From the NCBI GenBank assembly GCA_047967505.1, contig CM106538.1: a DNA stretch of 64,000 nt, one strand, 5' to 3'. Positions 25,571 to 40,581 of this stretch are shown here, one piece after another. The notes under the pieces were generated by a model. The model was not told the DNA's origin. It saw nothing but the letters and a program-made list of their open reading frames with translations, and searched no databases. The number at the start of each line of letters is the position of its first letter. The stretch's first letter is position 1. A program made the translations under genes and the position numbers. The stretch comes from Dipteris shenzhenensis. Lineage: Eukaryota.

Positions 25571-26398
25571 AATAATATGTACTCCTCTTAGACATACCTT
25601 AAATAAATAAATTAACCCACATAAATTAATTAATCCATGGACAAACATAAGTTAATTTTAGCATCAATATACTTTGGTGCGCTCGGTAAGAAGAAAATAA
25701 AAATTTGAATGCTATTGACAAACTCAATTGATCCATGACTGTATCGTTTTGTCAAGAACACGAAATAAGAGTGGACGAGTGCACGTGAGCATTGCCTCGT
25801 TGGTCAAGGAGGAAAGTTTGGCATGTGTATTTTTTTGAGAATTTGTAGCTATAAGAATAAATAACAAAAATTCAAACAGATAAAATGTGATGAGTTGGCT
25901 AGACCAAGCCAATAAGCTATTTCTTCAAACAGTTAATGTATGCAAATGCCACACATGTTGGAGTAAATGTGGCATACTACTTGCAATGATGGGGGCATCA
26001 TGAGTAGTTAGAAAGGCTCATGCAAATTCATCATGGATAGCTTTTTCCTTATTGCAGTTGATTTTACCCTCCTCTCCTATTGGTCGGGACATACTTCCTT
26101 TGCTCAAAGACTAGAATCAGTCCCTCTACTATTTTCTATGCCAAGTATATATGTCAGCAATAATAAACTAGGAAATGGTCCAATATACACATATCAAAGT
26201 TTTAATTCGTATGCATATGATTGTATTCTTCTAGTCAATATGTTGTATGTGCAAATGTTTTGGATAGTCTTCAATGCATGAAATATCGATTATCATACGA
26301 ACCACCCTCTAGGCAATACTGTAAGATAGAAAGATTCAATTTCTTTTGAAATAATGATAAATGGAAAAGATTTTAATCAAATTCTTATTTCATATTCC

Positions 26399-26530
<132 letters not shown>

Positions 26531-27999
26531 ATTTTGACATATCAAATAAATAAATCCATGCTTTAGCACATATAATCAATGCAATATAGCTATAGCTTTT
26601 TTCATTTAATAATACATTACAATTGATAGCTTCTCAACTTATCAAGGACTTTTTAGTGGAATTTAATAATTATAATCAGTTCTTCATAGTACTTTCTCAA
26701 AATAAGTATCATAATCAGTTTCTTAGAATTAGCATCATAATCATTTCTCAAAATCAGCATCATTATTACTTGTTGTTTTAATAGCATCAACTAGGTCAAC
26801 TTTAGCCATTCAGAGAAAATCTACATGATGCATTTCAAATTTGTATTGAACGTAGGTCTGGAATTGGCATTCAAAGGCAGATTCAAAACTCGCATTCAAA
26901 CAAATATTCATAGATAGATTTCAAATATGTATGGGAAAAAATCAAATTTGATATTCATTGTTGCAAGTCAGCATCGTAATTAGTTTCTCATAATGAGCAT
27001 CATAATCAACAAGATATTTCACAAAAAAATTTGTTGGATATGTTAAATGATAGTAGATATAGCTTTAGATGATAGCTTTTCTAGAAGATATAGCTTTCCT
27101 AGAAGATGAGCCCCATAGCTTCAGATGATAGTTTTTTTGCTTTAGCCTTTTTCAATAGATATAGCTTTTTTAGTAGATCACACTGGATTTACAAGCAGAA
27201 GGAATGCATATTAGTGCAAAAATCATGGGAAAATTGGTCAATTATCAAAGGTGTAAAACTCAGCTTACAAGCAAATGCATGCTAATGAATCAAAAACTTT
27301 GACAAACAATCTATTTTTTATTTTCATCAATCCATGGTGCTCTGAATGTCACATCCGAGGAGAAAGACCTCATCTTCACTTATGATGCATCTTATTTGCT
27401 CCAAATTCATGACGATGGCCTCCTCTCAACCTAAAATTGTCAACAAGTATACAAATAAGGGATCAAGCAAAAGAAGGCCACAAGTAGGTAGATGACATCA
27501 TTTCATAGTCCCCACCTTATCAAGAGTAATCTAAATTGAGTGTATGATGGCTTGAATGACTAATAGGCTGATTAAACAATAGTCTAGACTCGAGGGTTGC
27601 GCAATAGCTGAGGACTATTACAAATGGAAAGTTTGACGCCGAGTTCAATGGCACACCTGGTATCCAAAAAGCAAGGGAGATCTATCCATAGCTACATGGT
27701 GGATGGTTTTGCAATTCAATGTCTGTCAAATTGAGATGAGCAAGGTGACTATGTTGCAATGAAAGAACAAAGAAAGAGCCAGAATGAAAAAGGATCAAGG
27801 TGATAGGGGAGGAAAGGAAAGGGGGAAAGAGAGTCAAAGTCAAGGCAACCAGTTATCTGTTGCTAGAATGAGATGGATGATGGGGACATGCAGATTGTTG
27901 AGGATGGATTTGAGGTTTATAGTACTATTGAGAAGGGGTAATTTAGTAGGGCTACAAAGGAAGGAACTATTGAACAAGAAGAGACCATCAAGGCAAGCT

Positions 28000-28004
<5 letters not shown>

Positions 28005-28052
<48 letters not shown>
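28005..28052. repeat. (AG)n microsatellite
   Basis: Directly visible. Confidence 0.95.
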
Positions 28053-28057
<5 letters not shown>

Positions 28058-30934
28058 GGGGATCAAGTAGCTCCATCAATCTAGCAATATGGGATTTTGG
28101 GCAAGGAAGCTTAAGAAGAAGGGGAAGACTTTTGGGATGGAAGGGACAAAGAGAGGGAGCATGAGATCAGGAGCATAGAAGGTGGAATGAGGAGGAGCCA
28201 TAAGGGAAGAAGGCAAAGAGACTCAAGGGTGTGGAGATGAATGAAAGGGGCAGGAGCAAGTAAGAGGCCCACAAAGCAACGGTTGGAAAGGTTCACAAAC
28301 CTCAAAGTATTGATCTAACAACTTAGCAATAAAACAATTTCCTTTGTAGAGGTAACCATGCATCCGAAATTATCTTTAAGGCAAAATTGAAAATTATTTC
28401 CTGATGCCAAGCTCAAAACATTTTTTTGCTAGAACAACAATCCACATACAATAAAATATGGCAATACAAATTGCCAAAAAGTCAAGGTGACCCGGCGAGG
28501 TGCTAAAGCTCTTGGATTTTGAATGTTGTGAGTGAAATTGTCACCTGTCAAAAACTGCAAAGAAAAAGCTCCAAGTCATGATTTGTAATGTTGATGGAAC
28601 ATAAGGGACTAAATCATATTTTCATCCAAGGAAAGGCAAAAACCCAAACCCCTAAACGCAAGTTGCATCTCTAAAAAATGAAAATCGGCTACAACCTCAA
28701 GCAAAATTTATAAGCCTCTAGAGGGCCCCTTTCTCTCTCATACATCATTTTGCATGCACTGTAGCAGAGGCTCAAATTCACCAGCATAGCTGGAAGTCAA
28801 TATATTTGAGACTTGAGACATACGTAAGCCAAGGGATTAGAAAGGTCTCGAAGCTTTCTTCATATAAAAATAAGATTTCCATGGTCCTGATGCTCCAAGA
28901 TTACTTTTGTTTCTTAAATGTGAAGGGAGCAAGTTTCCTTGATGATCATTAGCATGTACAAATACATTCAAGAAGCACCCTTCTTACATTTTGAAGTGCA
29001 CATATTAGCTTCAAGATATTTTAATCATTTTCATAGAAAAAGAAATTGAAGGCATTAAGAATTACCACTCCATTGTCATGGTCAACAAACACAAAGATTC
29101 AACTCTTCTTCACCCCAAGCTGCCAATGCATGGGTCAAAACCCAACTTGCCATTGCCTTGAAAGTTTCATCGATTCACCAACAAAACATACCCAACATCT
29201 CCACCAAAATATGTGACATGAAGTTGGGGTTAATGAGCTTTATGCACTTCTTAAGTTTCTGCTTCTTCTAAACTCGATGATAAGGACCCTTTCACTTAAC
29301 GAGACGAACATAACTTGACATTTATATATAACAGGGGCATCATGCCAATAATTCAATACCATAAGAAATTTCATGTTAAAATATACTGTGTGTTGTTTTA
29401 TGGGAAACAGAGACGTGGTTGGACAGTTATGGACAATTTTCTCACACACAGAGTCCCATAACTTCCTCCTCTGACCTTCTATATAAAAACTGAATACAAA
29501 TCGTGATGTGGCTTGAAAAGATCTTCATGCTTATAGAAGTTTTGTTATAATTAGACAAGTGAACACAAAGTTACGAGCCATTGTACTTGAGAAGTTCAAG
29601 CTTTCCCAGGGGTCTTCCTCCATTGTTGTTAAAGTTTGGGCGGTTGAAGAAGTTGTCGCCATCATTGTAGTCAAGGTCATCCTCATCACAATGGCGATCT
29701 ACCATATTGCGAATTAGATGAGGATGATGGTTTTGATTAATTGGAGGAGGTGGGTTCGGTGAGGAGGGTTGTCATAGATGCTAGTCGAATTGTAATTTCA
29801 TGCACACTAGTCGAGTGTTTGATTGAGTGCATTCTTCTTTGGTCCGAAAGTTGATGTGTGCATGTTATGGGGTTAGAGATGTGTTAGTAAGTCTACTTAT
29901 GCATCCATGGTGACAATTCTTCACTACCCCAGGTGTGTCTATAGTGGTGTGGCCACCATTGTGTCTAAATAAGGGCCAAAATATTCCAAAAAGCTACTCT
30001 AAACCATTTGGGATTGTTGTTACTATCTCTCCCAAGTCTAGTTTTCAAAGGTGTTGGCCACCTACAATCGTGTCATTGCTCATTGTAGCATAGGTGTTCA
30101 CAAGTGTAACACAGGTCCTTGAGTTGTATTCCATTGAGAGGGGTAGGTTAAAGCGTGGAAAACAGATCTCATGCGTGCGTGGGTGAAAAAGAGGGTTTTA
30201 TGACAATGATGGATGGAGGCTCTCTCCTCCACAAGAGTTCAAGGGTTTAGAAGGCAATTGTAGGGTTTAGAAAACACCTCACATCCCCCCCTCATACCCC
30301 TCGTCACCCGTAGCACCTCCCCTCCCCCAAACTGATTGACTGACGGCAGTGGCGGCCCCCCCTCCACCTTTTTAATTTTTAATTTAAAAAACCCTAACCC
30401 TAACCCTACTAACCCTAGTTAGGCTAACTTAATCTTGGTTAGGTTAGGCTAAAGTGAGTGACAGCTAGTTAATTAGGATAACTATAGTTAGCATTAGGTT
30501 AGATTAATTGGTTAACTATTGTTAGGTTACATTAACCGGAGTTAAGATTAGGCTAAACGTAGCTAGGTTAGTTGTAATAACTAGTCAGTTAGACTAACTG
30601 GATAGTTTGGTTAATGAGGTTAACCAGACAATTAGAATACCTACTTAGTTAGACTAACTGAACCTAGTTTAGTTTCTAAAAGTCTAAGGCCATTTGCACC
30701 CAAACTTAAAGACCAAAGGACTCCTAATTTCACCATAACTTTAATGAACCATAACTCACCCACTTTGGATCCAAAATGAACCTAGTTTGAACCCATATTT
30801 CACACACAAAAATGCCACTCTATGGGGTATTTTCCATCCCATTACATACCATTTTGGCATCCCTAGCACTCGTTAATCTGAGCTCCCGTGTGGGCTAATT
30901 CTTACACTAATTTGCTCATGACTTTCAATCGTGA

Positions 30935-31382
30935 CCTCGGATTGACGATCTGTTTGGACCGACACATCCCCACTCTCAACAAGGGGGGAAATCCTAGGCA
31001 CATTTTCTAGCACAACATACACCACAACCATTAAGTCACTATTAGGAAAAGCGTAATATATATAGAAAAGGCCTACCTAGACCCCAAACTAAACCAAACT
31101 TATCATAATTTAACTAATGAGGAGTAAAAAACATATTGTCACCTAGAAAAAGTGTAGAGCCTCGGATTGACGATCTGTTTGGACCGACACATCCCCACTC
31201 TCAAGGGGGGAAATCCTAGGCACATTTTCTAGCACAACATACACCACAACCATTAAGTCACTATTAGGAAAAACGTAATATATATAGAAAAGGCCTACCT
31301 AGACCCCAAACTAAACCAAACTTATCATAATTTAACTAACGAGGTGTAAAAAACATATTGTCACCTAGAAAAAGTGTAGAGC
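30935..31382. repeat. Near-identical ~224-bp tandem duplication
   Basis: cctcggattgacgatctgtttggaccg...cacctagaaaaagtgtagagc at 30935-31159 and 31160-31382. Confidence 0.92.
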
Positions 31383-34129
31383 CCCTAGGAGGTGGTGTCA
31401 TCCTTTTAATAAATATGGGCATCATACATTAAAGCCCAACCATAATTTAACTAACTATGAGATAATTTTTGTTTACTAAAGGGGAACATTTTTCATGTTT
31501 TCTTTGGTTTTGTCTCTATAGGTAATTTAGAGGTCCATAAAGCCAAGAATTGCCTACTCATAATTGACATCATGTAACCTTTCCCAACTTTCAATCTCAT
31601 CGACTCATGGCCTCCCTTTTGTATCTTTACAAAGTCTATAGAGCCTTCAAGGGCTCCTTGGTGCTTCCTCAAGCCTAATTTATCTTTCCTTAATGGGAAT
31701 ATTACTTGTGATGTTGCTATGAGGGCTTCGCTATTGCTGCTAAAGAACACATCTATTCATTTGAAATCAGCATCGGTTTTGCTAATACTTGGAGCTTATT
31801 GGTTGTCACCTTTGAGTACACACATTAGCTCCTTCCTATCTACATGCGACACTTATTATGATAGGTGTTTGCTCAATGTCAAGGATCCACTTGGTTGTAA
31901 AAATGCCTAAGTCCTTCATTACACTAGTGTCTAGTAATAGGTGCTCCTCAAATCTCTTTGTTGGATGATTTTGGTGTTTGTAGCTCCTCAAGTGGATCCA
32001 GTCTTGGAGCTCAAGTTATGTTCATTTGGAGGTTTTTAGCTCCAAAAAGTGGGAGCTAAAATTATTTAATTCCAGTCATTTTGAGTTTTCTTATTTGAGT
32101 ACTACTTTGTAATAGCTCATCCCCTTTATCAATTCCTTACATTTTCATCAAATTTCTTTCGAATGTTCATACTCATTATGTCAATTTGAATGGTTCCTTA
32201 TTAAAATGCGTTTTTCATTGGGTTTTAGGCAAAACATGAGATCTTCTAGAAAATCAAAATTTTAGAAAGAAAAGGCATTACCAAGTTTGAAGAAAAAGTT
32301 TTTTAGTATAAAAAAGTATCTGCCTATATTTTTCTAATGACATTAGCTTTTTCATATGGCTATATCTTTATAATGGGATAATTAATTTTATGCTTATGTG
32401 GGGATATTTTATGTGTATGAGGATTAAGAAATTTTCCTAATCCTTTTATTTTTTATGGTCTAACCTTTTGCTCTATATTTCAGACATCAATAACAAGTCC
32501 AGTAATGCTATGACACCTGTCTTCCCTTCTGGTTTAAGCTATCCTAACTTAAGCTTGTTGGATGGTGGTAGGTTTCAACATTGTTGTTTGTGTATTGATT
32601 TCTATTAGCTCCATTTTATCAATTACTTCCCTAAGGAGTTAAGGTGAGAGGGTATCTCTTTGAGCGAGAGCAAAGCTTTGAGAGGGGGTGAAAACCCTCT
32701 GCTAAACTTAGCAAGTGTGAGATGGCATTTTAGCTAAGGTTTCAAAATATTACTTGAGACCTTCATTATCAACAAAAGATGTTACAAGGTTGCACTAAAG
32801 GACAAAACATAAGAGGTGCTAAAAAAGGCACTGTAAACCTTTAAAATTTTATTTGAGGCATATAGAAGCCACAATACAGTAGGGATCTCTCATAAGTTCT
32901 CAAGCCAATCAACTTTCCATCAGCTTTAATAACTTGTGACTGAAGCTACATCCAAGGTAGCTTGAGAGCACAAAGAATATAATTTTAGAGTTTTTTAATC
33001 TCAATAAATATTTATTTATGGGCATCTATAGTAGAGAGTATCTCATGTTAGAGCTTATGGGATTTCATCCCCTCAAATGATCTCTCTATGTAGAAACAAC
33101 ACATGTCATTTTACTGATTGGTAAAGGCCCTAGGCTTGGGTATTTTTGTTATTCTCAACATTTTTGAAGATCTTAAAATGATTGCTAAGAATTTTGAAAG
33201 ATTAAAAAAGATTATCTAGCTCAAAAAGTCATTCAAGCAATCAAATAACGTCCTTGCTTAAGGGTAAGTATAGCATCAATTGAGAAGCTAGTAACAGACT
33301 TGAAAAGCCTTTAAAAAGGCTTGGCACCTTGGTATACAACAAAAGTGATTCCAAAACGGCAACCAAACATTATATTCCACAGCTTGTAGAGGAAGGGGAA
33401 CCATGTTATGACATGTGGGTAGCATGGAGGATAAAAGTAAATTGCCTATTTTTTCATACTGATGTCAAGTTGATGATTTGGCCAATTGGCTAGAGCATAT
33501 AGATTTTCTTGGAATGGATGATGGTTTGAGTTCTAATACGACTATAGTAGATATTGTTGGGTCTATTTTCTCAAGGAGAAACCTAATCTCTTTCAAGCCA
33601 CTGTATACATATTGTATATCTAGTATAAAAAGGTTATTCCTTTTATAAAGGTCACATGATTTCTAAAGTGCCATGGAAGTGCTAGTTTGTTTCATGTCAA
33701 ACAACAATTCACCCACATGTAAGGGATCCATCATCACTATCGCATGTGTCCTAAGGGCCATATCATCATCAAACATCCATCTTATCCCTCATTGTGACAT
33801 CAATTGCATTACCCCTCACATCATTAAGGTGCCATGTGGATATTTTGACTACAACTAAAATGCCCACATGGCGTGGCATATAAGTAAAAGTAAACTAAAA
33901 TTGGCATTATTGTATCTTAACTTGACTAGTACATCCAACTCAAGGTCAACCAATTCCTTGGATGGATTTAACTAACTAACATAAGAAAATTTTAGTTTCC
34001 CTTCATCCCTCTTGGTCGACTAATCCATGATAACCCACATAGAGTCGTGCCTCCTCTATGCCCTAGCTATTCCAACAATAAAGCCACTTTTTAATTTGCC
34101 AATGAAGTCGCTTAAATGATGTACTAGAC

Positions 34130-34320
34130 TACATTGTACTTCTTTATTTATTATAGGCCAAAAGATTTTTTTTCCAAAAAAGCAAACATCTTTATAATTC
34201 CTTGGTCTCCTATGCTACACTATCATGAAATCACTACATGAGGAGTATCTTGACACACAAAAAGAATCCGGTGTGCCTTATGTCATTACTATTTGGGATA
34301 CACATTTGTAGAGAGGTACC
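34130..34320 (-). mobile_element. Ty3/gypsy integrase zinc-binding region remnant
   Basis: Broken frames MCIPNSNDIR...CQDTPH...GIIKMFAFLEKK..FWPIINKEVQ. Confidence 0.55.
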
Positions 34321-35748
34321 CCTGATACATGTAAGGGATACAAAGTCCCACACTTGGCACCCCTGGCCAAAAGCATAGAGCCCTTCTAAATTTTCCAACT
34401 CTGAAAGCCAAAAGTGGTGTGAAAACTAGCATCATCTAGCTGACCCACTGAAATAAGACTCTTGGTCAACTTAGGCACATGTCTCACATGTTTCAAAATA
34501 AATGCAGACCCATTTGCAAAAGAAAACTTTATGTCACCTACTCCCACTATGTCACATGCATAGTCATTTCCAAGATGCACACAACCTGTCTTTCCACTGT
34601 CATAAGTGGAGAACCATTCCCTATGGGGAGTAATATGGAATGAAGCACCAGAATCCAAAATCCAATCCTGGGAATATGCATCATCTGAAGTGGTAAGCAA
34701 CTCTGTAGATAAACTAGACATGAAGAGAAAATCATTGTCACTATCATGTGTGACTGCATTGATCTCCTCGATCTTCACTTTTCCTTTGTCCTCCCTTGGA
34801 CTCTCTTCCTTTTGATTTGCACCCCAATTTGCATTATTTTTCTTATCCTTTTGCTCTCTTTTCAGCTTGTAGCAATCCTTTTTCACATGGCCCTTCTTGC
34901 CACAGTGGTAACACTCAATGTTCCATGCCTTGGATTTGCTACGAGACTTCCCTCTTTCTTGGGACTTCCCCCTGAACTATGATCTGCCCCTTTGCACATT
35001 TAAGGCTGCATCCTGCTTGTTGCCGTCCATAGACTTCCGTCTAATCTCCTTGGCCAACAAACTACCCACAACATCATCAAATTTTAGTACTCCACCAGGT
35101 GCAGAGTTATTGACAGCTGTACGGAAGGTATCCCATGAGGATGGCAACGAACATAAGAGAACTATTGCCTTAGTCTCCGCATCAAAATTCATCTTTTGAG
35201 CCTAAAGCTGGCTGAAAATAATATTGAATTCATTCAAGTGAGAAGCAATGGAGACCCCCTCCTTCATCTGCAGCTTAAACAACCTCTTCATGAGGTAAAC
35301 TTTATTAGAGGCAATTTCCTTTTCATAAGTGGCACACAGTTTCTTCCACAAATCTTCCATAGTATGCTCATTTACTACTGTGAAATAAACTGACTCTAGA
35401 AGATGAAGTCTAATAGTAGATTTTGCTAACGCATCCAACTCATTCCAATCATCCTCAGACATATTTGCAGGCTTAGCTTCAATTCCTGCCAAGGGTTTAA
35501 TCTGCTTCTTTTGAATAAGCACATCCCTTATTTGTTCTTTCCACAAAGAAAAGTTTGTCCCATCAAACTTTTTAATGCTAAAAAACTCCTTTCAGACATG
35601 GAAGAGGATGCCATGATGCAGAGAAACAGAGAGCCACACAAGTTTTGGTGGGTGCAAAACACCCTAATCTTCTTTTTCATTCATTTATATATGTGTTTGA
35701 ATATTGTACATAACCGGGGTAAAGGCACAGTGACCTTTAACCCCCACA
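34321..35748 (-). mobile_element. Ty1/copia 5' half (truncated 5' LTR, gag, CCHC knuckle, protease)
   Basis: LTR 35748-~35620 matches LTR at 18530; gag MASSSMSEGVFSIKKFDGTNFSLWKEQIRDV; CYHCGKKGHVKKDC; WILDSGASFH; HVPKLTKSLISVGQL. Confidence 0.92.
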
Positions 35749-36100
35749 TCTACCTCTTGAGGTAGGTCATAAGGATTTGGGGAATTAGAGAGTTACAAGA
35801 CATGCTCACCTTTATCCTTACTACCACTCTTTTGATCATCACTAGAAAATCTCTTACTTCTATCCCTCTGTGAATGTCTTCTACCCCTTCCTTTGGCATC
35901 TCCTTAGGGGTTTGAAGAGGATCCCTAATTTTCTCCTTTGGTTTCTCCACTTCCTTCTCACCCTCACCCTTAATTCTAGGGGTTCTTCTGCTAGCTCTGT
36001 GAGTGCAGTCTTGAATAAAGTGGCCACCATATCCACACAAGAAGCAAGAGCTAGAGAAATACTTGTAGAAAACTTTCTATAGCATCTTCCCTCCCCTCTC
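35749..36100 (-). mobile_element. LINE ORF1 remnant (zinc knuckle region) interrupted by the Copia
   Basis: CGYGGHFIQDC; SNSPNPYDLPQEV continues into DSNSVEVVESM at 18705. Confidence 0.55.
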
Positions 36101-36393
36101 GTCTTTCGATAGCAAAGGGTCTATAGCAAGATCCATCAATACACACACTTGTGTGTTTCCTCTAGGACTGAGAAATCGCTCTTGTTCTATACCTACCTAG
36201 AGGAGCACACAAAGTCTCTAAGTGAGAGAAGAGAGCTAAGAAAAGTTTTGAAAACTCAACCTATATTGGGTCTTTAGAGGGAAAGGCATATCAGGTGTGA
36301 ACTCAAGATCCCACATCTTCAAGGATTCTCTATGTTATGTCTTTAATTGCAAAAGGATGTCCTTACAAACAATGTGAATTACATTCATAAGGC

Positions 36394-39300
36394 CTACCCA
36401 ATATCATCAATTGTCGTGTATAAAAGGGAGTGGTCTATTGTTACAAGATTCCAAATATGGTCAATTGTGGAACCATGAATACAAGTTGGTTCTTCTATTA
36501 ATTGTTTGAAATTGTTTTGTACCATGAATTTGTGTAGTTGTGTTGAATTTGTAGAATTTTTGCAATTAATATTGAAGTCCCCTAAGATTGTAGTTGGAAT
36601 TTGTTGTTGTACTTTGTTTATCATTGTTTGCAATATATTTATAAGTGTTGATTATGGTGAGGAAGGGTGTTTGTAAACATTAATTATTGCAAATGTTGAA
36701 TTTTGATATGTTTTGAATATTGTTAACAAACACTCTGACCTTTTGTGTGTAATGTATTCTTGCATTTGCAATTGAACATGAGTTTTACAACATGTTGCAA
36801 TACCGATGCCATTGTTATTTTGCAAGATTGTGAAATTTTTCAAGAAGAGTGATTGATTATTTTGGCAATGAAGTTCTTGGAGGCATAATATTGTGGCACT
36901 CATGAGGCTTTTGTCAACAACAATGTCTTTGTAGTGTGCAGAGGATGCTCTAACATTTAAAGATTACAATGTCCTTTGTGGGCTCTTATTTAAGGAGTGG
37001 TTAATTTGTTTTGCAATCCATTATCAATGTGATCTCAATCTTTCTATTTTTTTGATAACATTTTTGTCGATTTTGATGTACTTAGGTTCGAGTGGCTTGA
37101 CAAGGTAAAGGTTGTCTGGGTTGTGAACAGTGATAGTGCTATGTATGTAAGGCCATGTGCTTTGATGAAAGAAGGATCAAATGCATGATAGTCCATAGAT
37201 AGACCTTGCGAACGATGTATTGTTCTTGCAGCTATTGGTTGTAGTGGAAATTGTCGTCTAGTGAGACAATGTTCAAAAGGTTTTTCCCAATTTGAAATTC
37301 TCTTGTTATTTGGTGTATTGTTTTCCATTGTTGTGGAATGTCGTTAGTGTAGAGGTGCTGTTGTTTAAGCGAGTTTTCCTTCCAATGATATTATTAGTAA
37401 ATTGAACCCAAACAATATGAGGCTCTATTGCGATGAACGATTGTTTGAATATTCCATCGGCACCATTGACTAGACCATCACCAATGTCCAAGTTTCCTGA
37501 ACATATTTCCATTATTATTCCAGGCTTTAGGTACAATGTTTGGTGCAAACCAAATGTGTTCTTAGGAGATGTAGGAATGTTTATTATTTTGCTACATGTC
37601 TTGTGTCTTTTGTCAATTGCTTTCAAGATGTGTGGATTTTCCTTAAGCAATGAGAAGACTTCCTCATTGTGTGCATCCTTGCTTGCATTTTTGTAGAACA
37701 AGTAAGGTATGTTTTCCTTTTTTATTGGTTGACAAAAGTATTTATTATTAAGATATGATATGTCTTGAAGAGTGTGTTCTCCAATTCTAATGCGGTTTAG
37801 AATTTCTATGTATGTATTGTCCTCTTGGTGCATAGGCTTTATTAATTTATAAATAAGACATTATTTGTCCAAAATGATCACATTGATCTTGTGTTTGTTG
37901 CTTGGTCCATGAATATCCATGAGTCTTTTGTTGGACTTGCTTGACACAAATTTCCACAAAGAATAATGTCTATTCCTCCAAAGGGCTCCAAGTGATTGTG
38001 CTTGATCTCATGGAGATGCATGTCAGCAGCCACAAGTGTACTGTGTCCAATCAAAGAAACCTCATCAAAAACTACTAGTTCAAGTTCTTTGTACAGTTGA
38101 GATAGTTCTTGTAATTTCTCGGCTGAGAGGCTTGTGTAATGAGATGCCATTAGTGGTAAATAAAGTGTAGCATGTATGGTTGTGCTGCCAGTGTTGAAAG
38201 CCACCTTGCCTATGTATGCAAGCAATAACACTTTTGGGAGGTCTACGTCTAAGGATTGTTTGTGTGTAGTGTCGTAAAAGAGCTTGTACTATGAGTAGTA
38301 GTGTAAATGTTTTCCCTGTTCTTGCATTCCATGTTAGAAAGACATGATGTCGTTTATTTGAAGCACATCTTTTCTTTAGCATTATGTCTTCGAGAAGCAA
38401 ATGTTGTTCACTATTTAGTAATCTCAAGGAATAGTAATATTGTGTGTTAGGCATCATCAAATATTTGGGCAAAGACTTGTCAAAATGTTGAGAGGTTTTT
38501 GTATTTTTTGGCATTTCTAATCCAATGTCGTATTTGTCGGCATTCTTTAATGTTTGGGTTGATATTGAAGACGATGTTGTTGATGTATTATTTGATTTTG
38601 TGGGGAATTTTGGAATGAGTTTGATAAACTTTTCTTCATTGGGTTGTATGATGTGTTTGTTGAGAAAGAACATGTCATGCCATGTTTGATAATTTTCATC
38701 AAGAGTAAGTACATTATTGTGATATGGAAGAAATAGAATACATTTCTCTCGGTAGTAATCTTCTAGGTCTTTTTTAAGGTTGTAGTTGTTGAAGCGGATG
38801 ATCTTAGGTTTTTTCCTCTTTTTTGTATTTGAAGCTGTAATTGTGTATTGGTGTAAAAGTTGCTAGGCATATGTCGAGAAGAGTATTTGTGCGTTTCAAA
38901 TACTTCATTATAATGTCATCAAAGAAGATGTTGATATTTTCAAGGTGCATTTTCTCCAATTGCTCTCGACATTTTAGTAGGTAAGTGCATTTCTTGAGAG
39001 GATTTGTGTTAATATACTGAAATTGCCTAGTGGATGATGATAATGGTAAAGAAAGTGCTAATAAGTAAATAGCTTGTTGAGAGCTAATATGTTGAGTATT
39101 CAAGATGGCATTGCCACTCTATGAATGTGTTCATTTGCTGGAGTATTGGAAGCAATACTTGCAATGAGTGCTAGTTTCACAGCTTCTGTTGTTTCTTTTC
39201 TATTTTAGTTATGTACAATGTGCAATATGCTGCTGCTCGATGTGGGTTTAGAATGAATTGAATATTGGTGTTTGCTCCCCATAAGTTTGACATCGTTGGG

Positions 39301-40570
39301 TTGAAGTTATTTGTGTAAATGTCTTTTGGTTCTCTTTTTAAGAATAAAGTGGGTTGAGAAATAGAAGAACGAATTGAATGAATGTAATCATCTTTGGACA
39401 TAGTCGATGCCTTTAGAAAGCTTGTGTAGTCCAACGTTAACGTATGATCTTCTAGTAGTTGACTTTTAATTTTTCTCATTGTTTTTTTGAAGTTTTTGTT
39501 TTCGATATGATCTTCCAAAGGTTCCAAGATTTGTGTTTGTTGCATAGGAAAACGTGGAAATCCAAATCTACATTTATCTTTTCTTTTGAAGCAAGTTTTA
39601 TGATGTTTATGTGTTTGCATTTCATGTATTCTCATGGGGGAATTTGGAGATATTTGTTGAAATGTATTTATCAACAAAATCTTCAATATCATGGTTGGAA
39701 TCAATTCCAAACTTGGGGAATTTTGGACCCACAAGAGGCCATGATCATGTTGACTCCCTCTATTTTGAAATTTTGTTACAAAGAAGAAGTCATTTATTTT
39801 GCCTAGAAATGTCGCATCTTTTTTTAATAAATTCTTAAGGGCTTGGAATTTGTGTACATAGTATGGTGCAGTTGTTATTGGATCAGATCTTATCAAATTA
39901 CGAATTTCTATGTTTGAGTTTGAATTTGTGGATTCTTTATAGGGATTTAGTTTTCTCAAACATTATAGAAGTGGTTCCCAAAGTTTTTCTGCAGCACATA
40001 GTGTTATAAAGAAACATGGTGGTCCTAATTGTCTCAACATTGCAAATAGGTTTCTTTTGAGTTATTGCTTGTAATCAATGGAAGTTCTTAGATGTGTGAA
40101 GTCACAAAATCCAATGTTTGATTGTAGAAGTTTTTCAATATTAGTATCCAAAAGAGCATCTTTGACTTGCAATGTTCTACCTTTTGTTTGTGCTTTACGC
40201 ATACGAACCCAAGATGAAGAAAGAATTTGGCAGACCAATATTTTCATTGTTTTAAAAAAGAGGTTTTCCATTGACATTGCAAATCGACAGTCCACATTTA
40301 ATAATTCCCAAGCTACAATAATTTGGTATGAATTGCGCGCTAGAATTGCATGGTTTCTTTTTTGCCTATAAAAAATTTTGGGGTATGCTAATTCTTCACA
40401 ATATTTGTCTTTAAAAATACTTAATGGTGAAAAGCCTTCAAAAGGTGCTACAACAATAGTTGTTCTTCAAAGTCAACAACTTGTTGGCTTGCATATATGC
40501 CATGAACAAGCGTATCTGTTGCAATATCATCTTCTTCTATTTGGATATGCTCTTTAATATCTTGTTGCAA
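36394..40570 (-). mobile_element. Helentron/Helitron2-type element, degenerate: Rep (HUH), PIF1 helicase, AP endonuclease-like domain
   Basis: KFQNRGSQHDHGLLW, QTHKHHKTC...CRFGFP, NARTGKT, VFDEVSLI, RTIHRSQGLS, then ILCLQELH, ILGDFN, STIDHIW. Confidence 0.9.
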
Positions 40571-40581
40571 TTGCTCTTCCT

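Noticed and set aside
27200-33400. Scattered degraded TE-like coding traces (possible LINE RT or transposase)
   Set aside because: Too decayed to assign a family by eye
33555-34077. Possible solo LTR TGTTGG...CCAACA
   Set aside because: Flanks GATAT and ATAAA do not form a TSD
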